DNA of 64,000 nt, taken from positions 28,308 through 92,307 of the forward strand of contig JBIISM010000003.1 of assembly GCA_044341025.1 (NCBI GenBank). The letters run 5' to 3'. How positions within the stretch are numbered: position 1 is the stretch's first letter; each line of letters opens with the position of its first letter. A program made the position numbers and the translations under genes. Source of the DNA: Bacteroidia bacterium (GTDB lineage Bacteria; Bacteroidota; Bacteroidia; NS11-12g; UBA955). The notes beneath the pieces are model-generated. The model searched no databases. It was given only the letters and a program-made list of their open reading frames with translations, and was not told the DNA's origin. Positions 1 through 11,016 of this stretch are shown here, one piece after another.

Positions 1-1
1 T

Positions 2-703
2 GGGATGGAAAGAGACTTCTCTAAACGCGCAATAGAATTATTGAAAAAATTCTTAATTGAATTTCCTGAATATCTTAAAGAATTCCAAAGTCTAATTGAA
101 CGCAACAGAATCTTTATGGATAGAACCATTAACTGCGGGCCAATATCGGCCGAAAGGGCCTTGGCTTATGGATTTACTGGTCCTAACTTGAGGGCGGCGG
201 GTGTTGACTATGATGTGCGTGTGGCCAATCCATACAGCCGTTATCAAGATTTTAATTTCAGCATTCCTATTGGAACGAATGGAGACACCTACGACCGTTT
301 TATGGTGCGCATTCAAGAGATGTGGGAAAGTATAAGCATTATCAATCAAGCGTTTGATGGATTGCCAGAAGGACCGATACATGCTGATGTGCCAAATTTC
401 TACCTGCCAGATAAACAAGAAGTTTACAGCAAAATGGAAGCCCTAATTTACCATTTCAAAATTGTAATGGGTGAAACCGCAATCCCTAAAGGCGAAGTAT
501 ACCATTCAGTAGAAGGCGGAAACGGTGAATTGGGCTATTATCTTATCAGCGATGGAGGCAGAACGCCTTACAGATTGCATTTTAGAAGGCCATGTTTTAT
601 ATACTACCAGGCATACCCTGAAATGATAACCAATGGACTCCTAAGCGATGCTATTTTAACCATGAGTAGCATGAATGTGATAGCAGGAGAATTAGACGCA
701 TAA
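2..703 (+). CDS. nuoD: NADH-quinone oxidoreductase subunit D (5'-partial, starts before window)
   Basis: GFTGPNLRAAGVDYDVR, GELGYYLISDG, C-terminal GELDA; first gene of nuo run; frame open to window edge. Confidence 0.95.
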   Translation, partial: GMERDFSKRAIELLKKFLIEFPEYLKEFQSLIERNRIFMDRTINCGPISAERALAYGFTGPNLRAAGVDYDVRVANPYSRYQDFNFSIPIGTNGDTYDRFMVRIQEMWESISIINQAFDGLPEGPIHADVPNFYLPDKQEVYSKMEALIYHFKIVMGETAIPKGEVYHSVEGGNGELGYYLISDGGRTPYRLHFRRPCFIYYQAYPEMITNGLLSDAILTMSSMNVIAGELDA

Positions 704-748
704 AAAAGAAAAAAATTAAGTACCACTTAAAAGAATATTAAAGAACTC

Positions 749-1270
749 ATGGCACAAACCACAGACATAAGTTTTAAAGAAGAAAGCCTAGAACTTATTC
801 AGAAAATTACCAAAAGGTATCCTGATGGCAAACATAAATCAGCCCTTATTCCTGTTTTGCACATTGCACAGGCAGAGTTCGGTGGATGGTTAAGTCCTCA
901 GACTATGGACCTAGTTGCTGAGGTTTTAAGACTTAAACCGATTGAAGTATACGAAGTAGCTTCATTTTATAGCATGTTTAATTTGCAGCCCGTTGGTAAA
1001 TGTTTAATTGAAGTTTGCCGAACCAGCAGCTGTTGGTTATGCGGCGCTGAAGACATCATCAACCACCTTGAACAGAAATTAAACATAAAAGTTGGGGAAA
1101 CAAGTTCGGATGGCATGTTTACTTTAAAAGCAGTTGAATGCTTGGGTAGCTGTGGAACTGCTCCAATGATGCAAGTGGGTGCCGACTACCATGAAAACTT
1201 AAGTATTGAAAAAGTAGACAAGTTGGTTGACGGATTCAAACAAGAAAACAAACAAAGCCGTTACTGTTAA
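749..1270 (+). CDS. nuoE: NADH-quinone oxidoreductase subunit E (2Fe-2S)
   Basis: EVASFYSMF, CRTSSC and ECLGSC cluster motifs. Confidence 0.96.
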   Translation: MAQTTDISFKEESLELIQKITKRYPDGKHKSALIPVLHIAQAEFGGWLSPQTMDLVAEVLRLKPIEVYEVASFYSMFNLQPVGKCLIEVCRTSSCWLCGAEDIINHLEQKLNIKVGETSSDGMFTLKAVECLGSCGTAPMMQVGADYHENLSIEKVDKLVDGFKQENKQSRYC

Positions 1271-1272
1271 TT

Positions 1273-2610
1273 ATGAGCAGAAAGTTATTACTTAAAAACG
1301 ATCATATACCGGGTATTGCTGGCCTTAAAACCTATAAAGAAAATGGTGGATACACTGCCATGGAAAAGGCTTTAAAAACCATGAGTCCAGAAGCACTTTT
1401 AGAAGAAGTAAAAACTTCAGGACTAAGAGGCCGCGGTGGCGCAGGTTTTCCTACAGGAATGAAATGGAGCTTTTTGGCCAAGCCTGAAGGTGTTCCAAGA
1501 TACTTGGTGGTAAATGCCGACGAAAGCGAACCGGGTACTTTTAAAGACCGTTACTTAATGGAGCGCATTCCCCATTTGCTTATTGAGGGTATGATCATAT
1601 CTAGTTTTTCACTTGGAGCTAATAGTGCCTACATCTATGTTAGAGGTGAGTATTTTTATGTTTCACGAATTCTAGAGCAAGCCATCGAAGAAGCATACGC
1701 TTCAGGTTTATTGGGAAAAAATATTTTAGGTACCGGTTACGATTTGGACATCTATGTTCAAATAGGTGCTGGTGCATACATCTGTGGTGAAGAAACTGCC
1801 TTATTAGAAAGCTTAGAAGGCAAACGTGGCAATCCACGCATTAAACCTCCATTCCCGGCAATTGCTGGTTTATATGGTTGCCCTACAGTGGTAAACAATG
1901 TGGAGACCATCGCTGCAATAGTGCCTATAATTGAAATGGGTGGTGCTGAATATGCTAAAATTGGAATTGGAAGAAGCACTGGAACCAAATTAATTTCTGC
2001 CTCAGGCCATATCAACAAACCTGGTGTTTATGAAATCGAAATGGGATTGCCTGTTGAAGAATTTATTTATTCTGAAGAATATTGCGGTGGTATTAAAGGT
2101 GGAAGAAAGATGAAAGCCGTTGTGGCTGGAGGTTCTTCTGTTCCGATTTTACCAACTGATTTAATTTTAAAAACAGCCGCTGGAGAACCGCGTTTAATGA
2201 GCTATGAAAGCCTAGGAGAAGGTGGATTCATTACTGGAACTATGCTCGGCTCAGGCGGATTCATTGTTATGGATGAAGACACCAGCATTGTAAAAAATTT
2301 ATATACTTTCTCTCGTTTCTACCACCATGAAAGCTGCGGACAATGCAGTCCTTGCCGCGAAGGAACAGGATGGATGGAGAAAATACTTCATAAAATTTTG
2401 GACGGCAAAGGCACTTTAAAGGACATTGATTTACTTTGGGATATTCAAAGTAAAATTGAAGGTAAAACCATTTGTCCTCTTGGAGAAGCTGCGGCATGGC
2501 CTGTGGCCGCTGCCATCAGGCATTTCAGACCAGAATTTGAAGCGTATGTTACAAATCCTGAAAGCATAAAAGACGTTAAACATTATTACAGACTCAACCC
2601 AACCGTATAA
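1273..2610 (+). CDS. nuoF: NADH-quinone oxidoreductase subunit F
   Basis: GLRGRGGAGFPTGMKW, GAGAYICGEETAL, ESCGQCSPCREG. Confidence 0.97.
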   Translation: MSRKLLLKNDHIPGIAGLKTYKENGGYTAMEKALKTMSPEALLEEVKTSGLRGRGGAGFPTGMKWSFLAKPEGVPRYLVVNADESEPGTFKDRYLMERIPHLLIEGMIISSFSLGANSAYIYVRGEYFYVSRILEQAIEEAYASGLLGKNILGTGYDLDIYVQIGAGAYICGEETALLESLEGKRGNPRIKPPFPAIAGLYGCPTVVNNVETIAAIVPIIEMGGAEYAKIGIGRSTGTKLISASGHINKPGVYEIEMGLPVEEFIYSEEYCGGIKGGRKMKAVVAGGSSVPILPTDLILKTAAGEPRLMSYESLGEGGFITGTMLGSGGFIVMDEDTSIVKNLYTFSRFYHHESCGQCSPCREGTGWMEKILHKILDGKGTLKDIDLLWDIQSKIEGKTICPLGEAAAWPVAAAIRHFRPEFEAYVTNPESIKDVKHYYRLNPTV

Positions 2611-2633
2611 TCCCATTCACCAAAATTTAAGCA

Positions 2634-3677
2634 ATGGTAAAATTAACAATTGACGATATTCCAGTAGAAGTTCCGAAAGGAACAACCATACTGCAAGCTG
2701 CGCGCCTTATTGGTGGAGATGTAACTCCGCCAGCAATGTGTTATTACAGCAAATTAAAAACCAGCGGTGGGTATTGCAGAACCTGCATCGTAAAAGTAGA
2801 GCAAGGTTCTGAAAAAGATCCACGTCCTATTCCAAAACCAGTTGCCAGCTGCCGAACCGAGGTAGCGGAAGGCATGGTGGTGCGCAATATTACTTCGCCG
2901 GAAAATTTGGAAGCAAGAGCAGGTGTTGTTGAATTGCTATTGGTAAACCATCCATTGGATTGTCCAGTATGCGACCAAGCAGGCGAATGCCACTTGCAAG
3001 ATTTGGCTTACGAAAATGGAAAAGAAGAAACGCGTTACGAATTTGAACGCAGAGAATTTGAACCAATTGACATTGGAGACAAAATTAAATTACACATGAA
3101 CCGTTGCATTATGTGTTTCCGTTGCGTAAAAGTAGCCGATCAAATTACAGATGGCCGTTGTCATGGCGTAATCAACCGTGGTGATGCTGCTGAAATTTCA
3201 ACCTATATTGAAAAAGCAATCGATAACGATTTTTCAGGAAATGTTATTGACGTTTGCCCAGTTGGTGCATTAACCGATAGAACCTTCCGATTTAAAAGCC
3301 GTGTTTGGTACACCAAACCAGTTGATGCGCATAGAGATTGTAGCAAATGTTGCGGTAAAGTAAGACTTTGGAACCAAGGTGAAGAAGTGTTGCGCGTAAC
3401 AGCTAGAAAAGACCAATGGGGTGAAGTAATGGACAATGAAGATGGCAGCACTGCATGGATTTGCAATGATTGCCGTTTTGATAAAAAACACATCAACGAT
3501 TGGACCATAGAAGGCCCATCAGAAATAAACAGACATTCTGTGATATCTGCAAACCATTACGACACATTGAGAAACATCAAAGCGGACACTTTGCGCATGC
3601 TGGGCGGAAAACCACATGGCGAAAAAGTAGACCTAGGCATTGGTGCGCTTGACCCTAACAACCAACATAAACAATAG
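2634..3677 (+). CDS. nuoG: NADH-quinone oxidoreductase subunit G (short form, Fe-S domain only)
   Basis: NHPLDCPVCDQAGEC, RCIMCFRC, DVCPVGALT; lacks the long C-terminal molybdopterin-like domain. Confidence 0.93.
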   Translation: MVKLTIDDIPVEVPKGTTILQAARLIGGDVTPPAMCYYSKLKTSGGYCRTCIVKVEQGSEKDPRPIPKPVASCRTEVAEGMVVRNITSPENLEARAGVVELLLVNHPLDCPVCDQAGECHLQDLAYENGKEETRYEFERREFEPIDIGDKIKLHMNRCIMCFRCVKVADQITDGRCHGVINRGDAAEISTYIEKAIDNDFSGNVIDVCPVGALTDRTFRFKSRVWYTKPVDAHRDCSKCCGKVRLWNQGEEVLRVTARKDQWGEVMDNEDGSTAWICNDCRFDKKHINDWTIEGPSEINRHSVISANHYDTLRNIKADTLRMLGGKPHGEKVDLGIGALDPNNQHKQ

Positions 3678-3689
3678 AATAAAAAAGAA

Positions 3690-4715
3690 ATGGATCCATT
3701 GTTATTTAAAGCAATCTTGGTAATTGCAGTGTTTGGAATAACACTGATAGTTGCCTTATATTCTACATTTGGTGAGCGCAAAATCGCAGCTGTAATGCAA
3801 GACCGCGTTGGTCCAAACAGAGCAGGGCCTTTTGGTTTGTTGCAACCACTTGCTGATGGCATTAAAATGTTCATGAAGCAAGAGTTAATTCCTTCGGTTT
3901 CGAACAAGTGGTTATTTATTATTGGTCCTTGTATCGCTATGTTAACAGCCTGCATGACAGGTGTGGTTATTCCTTGGGGGGGCAGCTTGACCTTTGGTGA
4001 TCAAGTTTTTGAATTGCAAATCGCCGATTTAAACATCGGAATTTTATATTTATTTGGCGTTGTTTCATTAGGTGTATACGGCATCATGATTGGTGGCTGG
4101 GCATCTAACAACAAATTCTCACTAATTGGAGCCATCCGTGCATCTTCACAAATGATCAGTTACGAGATAGCAATGGGTATGGCCATCATCGCTTTGGTAA
4201 TGAGCACAGGTACTTTAAGTTTAAAAGAAATTGTGATGCAACAAGATGCTGGTTTGGCAAATATTGTTTACCAACCTTTGGGCTTCTTAATCTTCTTGGT
4301 TTGTGCATTTGCCGAGACCAACAGAGCACCTTTCGATTTGCCTGAATGTGAAACAGAATTAATTGGCGGATACCACACTGAATATTCATCATTGAAATTG
4401 GGCTTTTATTTATTTGCCGAATACATCAATATGTTTATTTCATCTGCGGTAATTGTATCGTTTTACTTTGGCGGTTACAACTTTCCTTTCCAACATGAGT
4501 TGGGCTTGGATGGCAACTTATTAACCATCGTGCAAACTTTAGTATTCTTTGGAAAAATATTCTTCTTCGTATTCTTCTTTATGTGGGTGCGTTGGACAAT
4601 ACCTAGGTTCCGTTACGACCAATTGATGCACCTTGGTTGGAAAGTATTATTGCCATTAGCCTTGTTCAATATTTTTGCAACAGGCCTAGTAATGTGGGGG
4701 ATGGGAAAATTATAA
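3690..4715 (+). CDS. nuoH: NADH-quinone oxidoreductase subunit H
   Basis: QDRVGPNRAGPFGLLQPLADG, ETNRAPFDLPE, PRFRYDQLM. Confidence 0.97.
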   Translation: MDPLLFKAILVIAVFGITLIVALYSTFGERKIAAVMQDRVGPNRAGPFGLLQPLADGIKMFMKQELIPSVSNKWLFIIGPCIAMLTACMTGVVIPWGGSLTFGDQVFELQIADLNIGILYLFGVVSLGVYGIMIGGWASNNKFSLIGAIRASSQMISYEIAMGMAIIALVMSTGTLSLKEIVMQQDAGLANIVYQPLGFLIFLVCAFAETNRAPFDLPECETELIGGYHTEYSSLKLGFYLFAEYINMFISSAVIVSFYFGGYNFPFQHELGLDGNLLTIVQTLVFFGKIFFFVFFFMWVRWTIPRFRYDQLMHLGWKVLLPLALFNIFATGLVMWGMGKL

Positions 4716-4782
4716 TTTAAAAAACACGGACAATTATTGTTAAAAACAATTCTTAACTGAAGAAAAAAATACCAATTGAAAA

Positions 4783-5385
4783 ATGCTGACAAATAGAAGT
4801 AAACAAGTGGTCAAAAAAGAGATGACAATCATGGAGAAGGCATATTTACCTGCTATCTTCAGTGGAATGCTCATTACTTTCAAACACATATTCATGAAAA
4901 AGGCGACCATTCGTTACCCTGAACAGGTTAGAGAGTTTGCCCCAGTTTACCGCGGACAACACGTCTTAAAATTAGATGAAGCTGGAGCAGAACGATGCAC
5001 TGCATGTGGTTTGTGCGCTGTCGCTTGCCCTGCTGAAGCCATTACCATGGTGGCAGAGGAAAGAAAGAAAGGCGAAGAACATTTATACCGCGAAGAGAAA
5101 TATGCATCTACATACGAAATCAATATGTTAAGGTGTATTTTTTGTGGTTTGTGTGAAGAGGCTTGTCCAAAAGAAGCAATATTCTTAACCGACAGAATTG
5201 TGCCTAGCACTTTCGAACGCGATGAATTCATTTATGGAAAAGATAAATTGGTTGAAACAATCGACCAAAAAGTAGACGTTACCAAAAGACAAACACCTGA
5301 AGTTTTAGAATTCAAAAAAGACAAGAACCACAAACACAATAGAACCTTTCTTGACAGGGTATTAAAACCAAGTAGCAAACACTAA
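4783..5385 (+). CDS. nuoI: NADH-quinone oxidoreductase subunit I
   Basis: CTACGLCAVACP and CIFCGLCEEACP ferredoxin motifs. Confidence 0.96.
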   Translation: MLTNRSKQVVKKEMTIMEKAYLPAIFSGMLITFKHIFMKKATIRYPEQVREFAPVYRGQHVLKLDEAGAERCTACGLCAVACPAEAITMVAEERKKGEEHLYREEKYASTYEINMLRCIFCGLCEEACPKEAIFLTDRIVPSTFERDEFIYGKDKLVETIDQKVDVTKRQTPEVLEFKKDKNHKHNRTFLDRVLKPSSKH

Positions 5386-5445
5386 TTTAGTGGATAAAAG
5401 TCAAATTAAAACCACTCCAATTCAACGTAATTCGCAAACAATTAA

Positions 5446-5949
5446 ATGAGCCTTACCCAATATATCTTCTGGTTTTTATCATTCCTAGCATTGATGAGCA
5501 GCTTGATGGTCGTATTTACTAAAAACGCTGTTTACAGCGTGCTTTGTCTAATCATCACCTTCTTTGCCATTGCTGGACATTACCTTTTGCTAAATGCACA
5601 ATTTTTAGCAGCTGTTCATATCATTGTATACGCAGGTGCCATTATGGTGCTTTTCTTATACGTGATTATGATGCTTAACCAAAACAAAGACACTGAGCCC
5701 AAAAAGCATCCATACTTAATGGTTATTTCTGTAATTGCCTCTGGATTATTGATGTTAACCATGGTTGGAACCGTTAAAAGTGCTGAACTACCTGGAAGCA
5801 CGATAGCAGATGCACAAGTAGGAACAATTGAAAAGCTTGGACAAGTATTGTTCACTGACTTTCTATTGCCATTTGAAGTATCTTCAATTTTATTCTTAGC
5901 AGCAATGGTAGGTGCTGTGTATTTATCTAAAAACAAACTTCAATCGTAA
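5446..5949 (+). CDS. nuoJ: NADH-quinone oxidoreductase subunit J
   Basis: IIVYAGAIMVLFL, LLPFEVSS; operon position. Confidence 0.95.
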   Translation: MSLTQYIFWFLSFLALMSSLMVVFTKNAVYSVLCLIITFFAIAGHYLLLNAQFLAAVHIIVYAGAIMVLFLYVIMMLNQNKDTEPKKHPYLMVISVIASGLLMLTMVGTVKSAELPGSTIADAQVGTIEKLGQVLFTDFLLPFEVSSILFLAAMVGAVYLSKNKLQS

Positions 5950-6266
5950 TGCAGAATTTACACGGAATTCCGATCGACTATTACGTAATATTAAGTACCG
6001 CATTATTTTGTGTAGGTGCCTTAGGTGTAATGCTTAGACGCAATGCCATCATTATTTTTATGTGTGTGGAGCTTATGCTTAATGCCGTAAATTTATTGCT
6101 TGTGGCTTTTTCATCATACTTTGGAGACAGTCAAGCCCAAGTATTTGTATTTTTTATTATGGCAGTAGCCGCAGCTGAAGTAGCAGTAGGACTGGCAATC
6201 TTAATCATGATATACCGAAATGCTGGTACCAGTGATACAGATGTATTGACTAAATTAAAATGGTAA
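5949..6266 (+). CDS. nuoK: NADH-quinone oxidoreductase subunit K
   Basis: RRN..ELMLNAVNL, AAAEVAVGLA. Confidence 0.96.
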   Translation: MQNLHGIPIDYYVILSTALFCVGALGVMLRRNAIIIFMCVELMLNAVNLLLVAFSSYFGDSQAQVFVFFIMAVAAAEVAVGLAILIMIYRNAGTSDTDVLTKLKW

Positions 6267-6296
6267 GCACAATCGATATAAAGGCATACAAATAGA

Positions 6297-8195
6297 ATGG
6301 AACAACTCGTTAAATTAATTCCCTTATTTCCACTAATCAGTTTCGCTATCATCGCATTGATGAACAGACGACTGAGCAAACCCCAAGCAGCAATTATTGC
6401 TTGCGTTGGTGTGTTATTAAGTTTTATCGATTCGGCAGTGATTTTTCAATCACAATTACAATCGTTTCACCCGTTAGAGGTTAAAGTATTTGATTGGATT
6501 ATTGCTGGCAACTTTAATGCTTCATTCTCATTTTTAGTGGATCCACTGTCTTCAATTTTCTTAATGGTTATAACAGGTGTTGGATTTTTAATCCACCTAT
6601 TCTCTGTTGGGTACATGAAAGATGACGATGGCATGAGAAGATTCTTCGCTTACCTAAATTTATTTATATTCTTCATGCTGGTATTGGTGCTAGGAAATAA
6701 TTTTTTAGTGATGTTTATCGGCTGGGAGGGTGTAGGATTTTGCTCATTTATGTTGATTGGTTTTTGGTATAAAGACAACAAAAACAACGACGCAGCTAAA
6801 AAGGCATTTGTTATGAATAGAATTGGCGACCTTGGTTTTTTAATCGCCATGTGTCTTATATTCTTTAATTTCGGTACTCTTAATTACAGCACATTATTCA
6901 GCCCTGGATTCTTAGCTGACTCATCTGTAAGCACAGAAACTTTGACACTTATTACTTTTTGCCTATTTGTAGGTGCAATGGGTAAGAGTGCTCAAATACC
7001 TTTATATACTTGGTTGCCTGATGCGATGGCGGGCCCTACCCCAGTTTCTGCATTAATACACGCAGCAACCATGGTGACTGCTGGTATATACATGGTAGCA
7101 AGAACCAATATCATGTTCTCTTTAACGCCAGACACTATGACCTTGGTGATCATCATTGGCATCGCTACAGCTTTATTGGGTGCGGTTATCGGTTTGTTTC
7201 AAAACGACATTAAAAAAGTATTGGCTTACTCAACGGTCAGTCAATTGGGTTTAATGTTTGTTGCTCTTGGTGTTGGTGCTTATACAGCAGCAGTATTCCA
7301 CGTCGTAACACATGCTTTCTTTAAAGCCTTATTGTTCTTAGGCTCAGGTAGTGTTATTCACGCTATGAGCGGCGAGCAAGACATTCGCCATATGGGTGGT
7401 TTGAAAAAGAAGTTACCAATTACCTATTTAACTTTCTTAATTGGTACTTTAGCTATATCAGGAATTCCGCCTTTGGCTGGTTTCTTTAGCAAAGACCAAA
7501 TTCTAAGTGAAGCATTCGCCCACAACAAAATATTATTTGCCTTAGGCTTATTGGTCTCATTAATGACCGCTTTCTATATGTTCCGTTTGTTTTTCTTGAC
7601 CTTCCATGGTTCATTTAGAGGAACCCACGACCAAGAGCACCATTTACACGAATCTCCTTTAAATATGACTTTGCCATTAATTGTATTGGCCATTTGTGCA
7701 GTGTTTGCAGGTTTTGTAGGCGTTCCGCATGTCATTGGCGAAGGTTTAGGTGTTCACAACCTATTCGAATCGTATTTAGCCCCTGTTTTAGGCAGCAGTA
7801 GCAGCCACATTGAAGCAAGTATAGAATGGATGTTAATGGGATTAACTACCGCTCTTATAGTTGCAGTAATATTGTATGCTAGACATTTATTCGTTTCTAA
7901 AAATTCTGTTCCTGAATCTGATTTGCAAATGCAAGCTGGATTTAAGAAAATAGCCTATAACAAATTCTTTGTAGATGAATTCTACAATAAAGTATTTACT
8001 CAACCCTTAGACAAACTCTCTTTATTCCTTGAAAAAGGTGTAGACGTTCCATTAATTGATGGCTTGGTAAGAGGCATCGGAAAATTAACACAAAGTTTAG
8101 CTTCTATAACCCGTAAAATCCAAACAGGTAATACTGGTTATTATGCCATTGTATTTGTATTCGCAATTTTATTATTGTTCATCTTTTTTATATAG
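6297..8195 (+). CDS. nuoL: NADH-quinone oxidoreductase subunit L
   Basis: WEGVG, KSAQIPLYTWLPDAMAGPTPVSALIHAATMV, HAFFKALLF. Confidence 0.97.
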   Translation: MEQLVKLIPLFPLISFAIIALMNRRLSKPQAAIIACVGVLLSFIDSAVIFQSQLQSFHPLEVKVFDWIIAGNFNASFSFLVDPLSSIFLMVITGVGFLIHLFSVGYMKDDDGMRRFFAYLNLFIFFMLVLVLGNNFLVMFIGWEGVGFCSFMLIGFWYKDNKNNDAAKKAFVMNRIGDLGFLIAMCLIFFNFGTLNYSTLFSPGFLADSSVSTETLTLITFCLFVGAMGKSAQIPLYTWLPDAMAGPTPVSALIHAATMVTAGIYMVARTNIMFSLTPDTMTLVIIIGIATALLGAVIGLFQNDIKKVLAYSTVSQLGLMFVALGVGAYTAAVFHVVTHAFFKALLFLGSGSVIHAMSGEQDIRHMGGLKKKLPITYLTFLIGTLAISGIPPLAGFFSKDQILSEAFAHNKILFALGLLVSLMTAFYMFRLFFLTFHGSFRGTHDQEHHLHESPLNMTLPLIVLAICAVFAGFVGVPHVIGEGLGVHNLFESYLAPVLGSSSSHIEASIEWMLMGLTTALIVAVILYARHLFVSKNSVPESDLQMQAGFKKIAYNKFFVDEFYNKVFTQPLDKLSLFLEKGVDVPLIDGLVRGIGKLTQSLASITRKIQTGNTGYYAIVFVFAILLLFIFFI

Positions 8196-8201
8196 ACCAA
8201 C

Positions 8202-9650
8202 ATGTTGACATTATTACTCATATTGATTCCTTTAATAAGTGGTTTTATTTTGCTTTTCACAGGAAGTAAAAACGCAAGGCAAATTGCACTTGTCTTATCA
8301 CTTATAGAATTTGGTCTTGCACTATTTGCTTTAAATATTTTAAAGTCGGGTACTACCGAATCGCTATCATATAGCATTCCATGGATTCCAAGCATGGGCA
8401 TATCATTCCATTTAGGAATGGATGGTATTTCCATGTTAATGGTGTTGTTAAGCACCTTGCTTATGCCATTAATTATCTATTCTTCTTTTAACAAAACTTA
8501 CAGTAATTCGCATAACCTTTATGCTTTGATGTTTATCATGCAAAGTGCCATGGTGGGTTCATTTGCTGCAATGGATGGATTCTTGTTTTATATTTTTTGG
8601 GAGGTATCATTAATTCCTATTTTCTTTATCATCTTGATGTGGGGTGGCGAAAACCGTCAGAAAACAACCTTTAAATTTTTCATCTATACTTTGTTTGGTA
8701 GCTTGTTCATGCTATTGGCATTAATCTATTTGTATTTGCATACAAGCACACACAGTTTTGATATCCAAGCTTTGTATGCCGCTGGTCGATCTTTGTCTTT
8801 GACAGAACAAGGTTTAATAATGGGTGCATTTTTCTTAGCCTTTGCGATTAAAATGCCAATCTTCCCTTTCCATACTTGGCAGCCAAGCACCTATGTCGCA
8901 GCGCCAACACCAGGCGTAATGTTATTGGGTGGTGTAATGTCTAAAATGGCAACCTATGGTTTAATTCGTTGGGTATTGCCCATGGTTCCAGATGGTGTGC
9001 AAGAATATGGCTATTTAATCATCAGTCTATCGGTTGTAAGTATAATCTATGCTTCATGTATAGCCATTATCCAAAAAGACTTTAAATATTTAATTGCTTA
9101 CGCTTCTATTGCCCACATGGGATTGATATCAGCTGGTATTTTCGCAGCAAACATGCAAAGTTTGCAAGGTTCAATGGTGGAGATGTTAAGCCATGGTATC
9201 AATACCGTTGGATTGTTCTTCGTTTACGATATAATATACAAGAGAATGCATACTTCTGAAATGTCAAAACTAGGCGGAATTAGAGGGGTAGAATCTCGAT
9301 TTGCCTTTATGTTTTTCATTATCGTATTGAGCAACGTTGCACTGCCATTTACCAATGGTTTTATTGGCGAATTTTTATTGATTTTAGGTGTGTTCCAAAC
9401 CAATATGTTGGCAGCTTCATTTGCAGGTTTGAGTATTATATTAGGCGCTGTATACATGCTAAGAGCGTATCAAAAAATGATGCTAGGTGAAACCAATTCA
9501 CTAACTTCACATTTCCCTAAACTTGAAAAGCAAGAACTAATCACTTTGTCTATAATCGTTATTTTAATTGTTGTTATGGGCGTGTACCCAAAACCTATTC
9601 TTGACATTACAGAATCATCAATTCAAACTTTACTGAAAGGCATCCAATGA
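8202..9650 (+). CDS. nuoM: NADH-quinone oxidoreductase subunit M
   Basis: FYIFWE, AFAIKMPIFPFHTW, GFIGEF. Confidence 0.95.
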   Translation: MLTLLLILIPLISGFILLFTGSKNARQIALVLSLIEFGLALFALNILKSGTTESLSYSIPWIPSMGISFHLGMDGISMLMVLLSTLLMPLIIYSSFNKTYSNSHNLYALMFIMQSAMVGSFAAMDGFLFYIFWEVSLIPIFFIILMWGGENRQKTTFKFFIYTLFGSLFMLLALIYLYLHTSTHSFDIQALYAAGRSLSLTEQGLIMGAFFLAFAIKMPIFPFHTWQPSTYVAAPTPGVMLLGGVMSKMATYGLIRWVLPMVPDGVQEYGYLIISLSVVSIIYASCIAIIQKDFKYLIAYASIAHMGLISAGIFAANMQSLQGSMVEMLSHGINTVGLFFVYDIIYKRMHTSEMSKLGGIRGVESRFAFMFFIIVLSNVALPFTNGFIGEFLLILGVFQTNMLAASFAGLSIILGAVYMLRAYQKMMLGETNSLTSHFPKLEKQELITLSIIVILIVVMGVYPKPILDITESSIQTLLKGIQ

Positions 9651-11014
9651 AAGAACTAATTATATTATCAGCTTTAGGCGTATTATCACTTATTGCAGGT
9701 CTTTTGAGAATCAAGCGACCCTTTATGGTGGTAGTTATTGCAGGACTTCTATTAAACATTGGCTTCTGTATAATGGATTGGAACCACAATGAAAATCTTT
9801 TCAATATGATGACTCTAGACAATTTTGCGCTAGCGTTCACCATTTTGAGTTCTAGTTTGGCCACACTTTGGTTCATTGTTGCCCATGCTTATTTCCAAAA
9901 CAGCAATACATTTTCAGACCATTATGCTCTGGTTTTGTTTTCAATGACCGGCGGTTTGCTTATGGTTTCATTCACCAATATGGTGATGCTGTTCTTAGGT
10001 ATTGAAGTACTTTCTATACCTCTGTTTGTATTGGCAGGTAGCCACAAAACCAGCATGCGATCCAATGAGGCTGCTTTTAAATACTTTTTGTTAGGTGCTT
10101 TTGCTTCAGCATTCTTATTGTTTGGCATTGCCTTACTTTACGGATCGACAGGTCATTTTGACAATGCAGGAATCTCTGCTTTTCTAGGCGCTAACAAATT
10201 AAGTGGCATGGCGTTGGCAGGCATTATTTTGATGCTAGGCGCTATGACTTTTAAAGTATCTGCTGCACCTTTTCACTTTTGGGCACCCGATGTTTACCAA
10301 GGTTCTCCAACTATGATAACGACCTTCATGGCAACTTTTGTAAAAACTGTTGCATTTGCAGGTTACTTTAGATTGTTCTTTTTAAGCTTTATGGCGGTTA
10401 GAAGCGAGTATGCGATGGTGTTTGCAGTAATTGCTGCGCTTACCATCTTGGTGTCAAATTTAATTGCCAGTGCACAAAGCAATGTAAAACGTTTGTTGGC
10501 TTATTCAAGCATTTCACATGCTGGTTTTATGGTCATAACTTTACTTTGCATGAACAACAGCAGTGCTGGCGTTTTATTATACTATACTTTGGTGTACAGC
10601 ATTTCAAGTATTATTGCATTCTCTATATTTAAATGGGTTAAAACACATTCATCCGAAAATGAAGAAATCAGTGCTTTTAATGGTCTTTTACGCCGAAGCC
10701 CGCTATTGGCAGTGGTAATGACTTTAGCGCTACTGTCTATGTCAGGTATCCCGCCATTGTCTGGTTTTATGGCAAAATACATGGTCTTTACTGCCGCAAT
10801 TACCAATGGTTACATGTGGGTTGCAATCTGCGGTATAGCAGGATCATTAATGGCGGTTTACTATTATTTCAAAATAATAATGGCGATGTTTGCCGATGCC
10901 CCTGAAACAAGCGAAATAAAAGTACCGGGTAATTTGAAATTTGTACTCATCGTTTGCAGTATGGCATTAATCGCTTTAATGCTATTCCCATCACAGATTT
11001 CAAGTCTGATTTAA
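9647..11014 (+). CDS. nuoN: NADH-quinone oxidoreductase subunit N
   Basis: EAAFKYF, FKVSAAPFHFWAPDVYQG, KRLLAYSSISHAG; ATGA overlap with nuoM. Confidence 0.96.
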   Translation: MKELIILSALGVLSLIAGLLRIKRPFMVVVIAGLLLNIGFCIMDWNHNENLFNMMTLDNFALAFTILSSSLATLWFIVAHAYFQNSNTFSDHYALVLFSMTGGLLMVSFTNMVMLFLGIEVLSIPLFVLAGSHKTSMRSNEAAFKYFLLGAFASAFLLFGIALLYGSTGHFDNAGISAFLGANKLSGMALAGIILMLGAMTFKVSAAPFHFWAPDVYQGSPTMITTFMATFVKTVAFAGYFRLFFLSFMAVRSEYAMVFAVIAALTILVSNLIASAQSNVKRLLAYSSISHAGFMVITLLCMNNSSAGVLLYYTLVYSISSIIAFSIFKWVKTHSSENEEISAFNGLLRRSPLLAVVMTLALLSMSGIPPLSGFMAKYMVFTAAITNGYMWVAICGIAGSLMAVYYYFKIIMAMFADAPETSEIKVPGNLKFVLIVCSMALIALMLFPSQISSLI

Positions 11015-11016
11015 TT

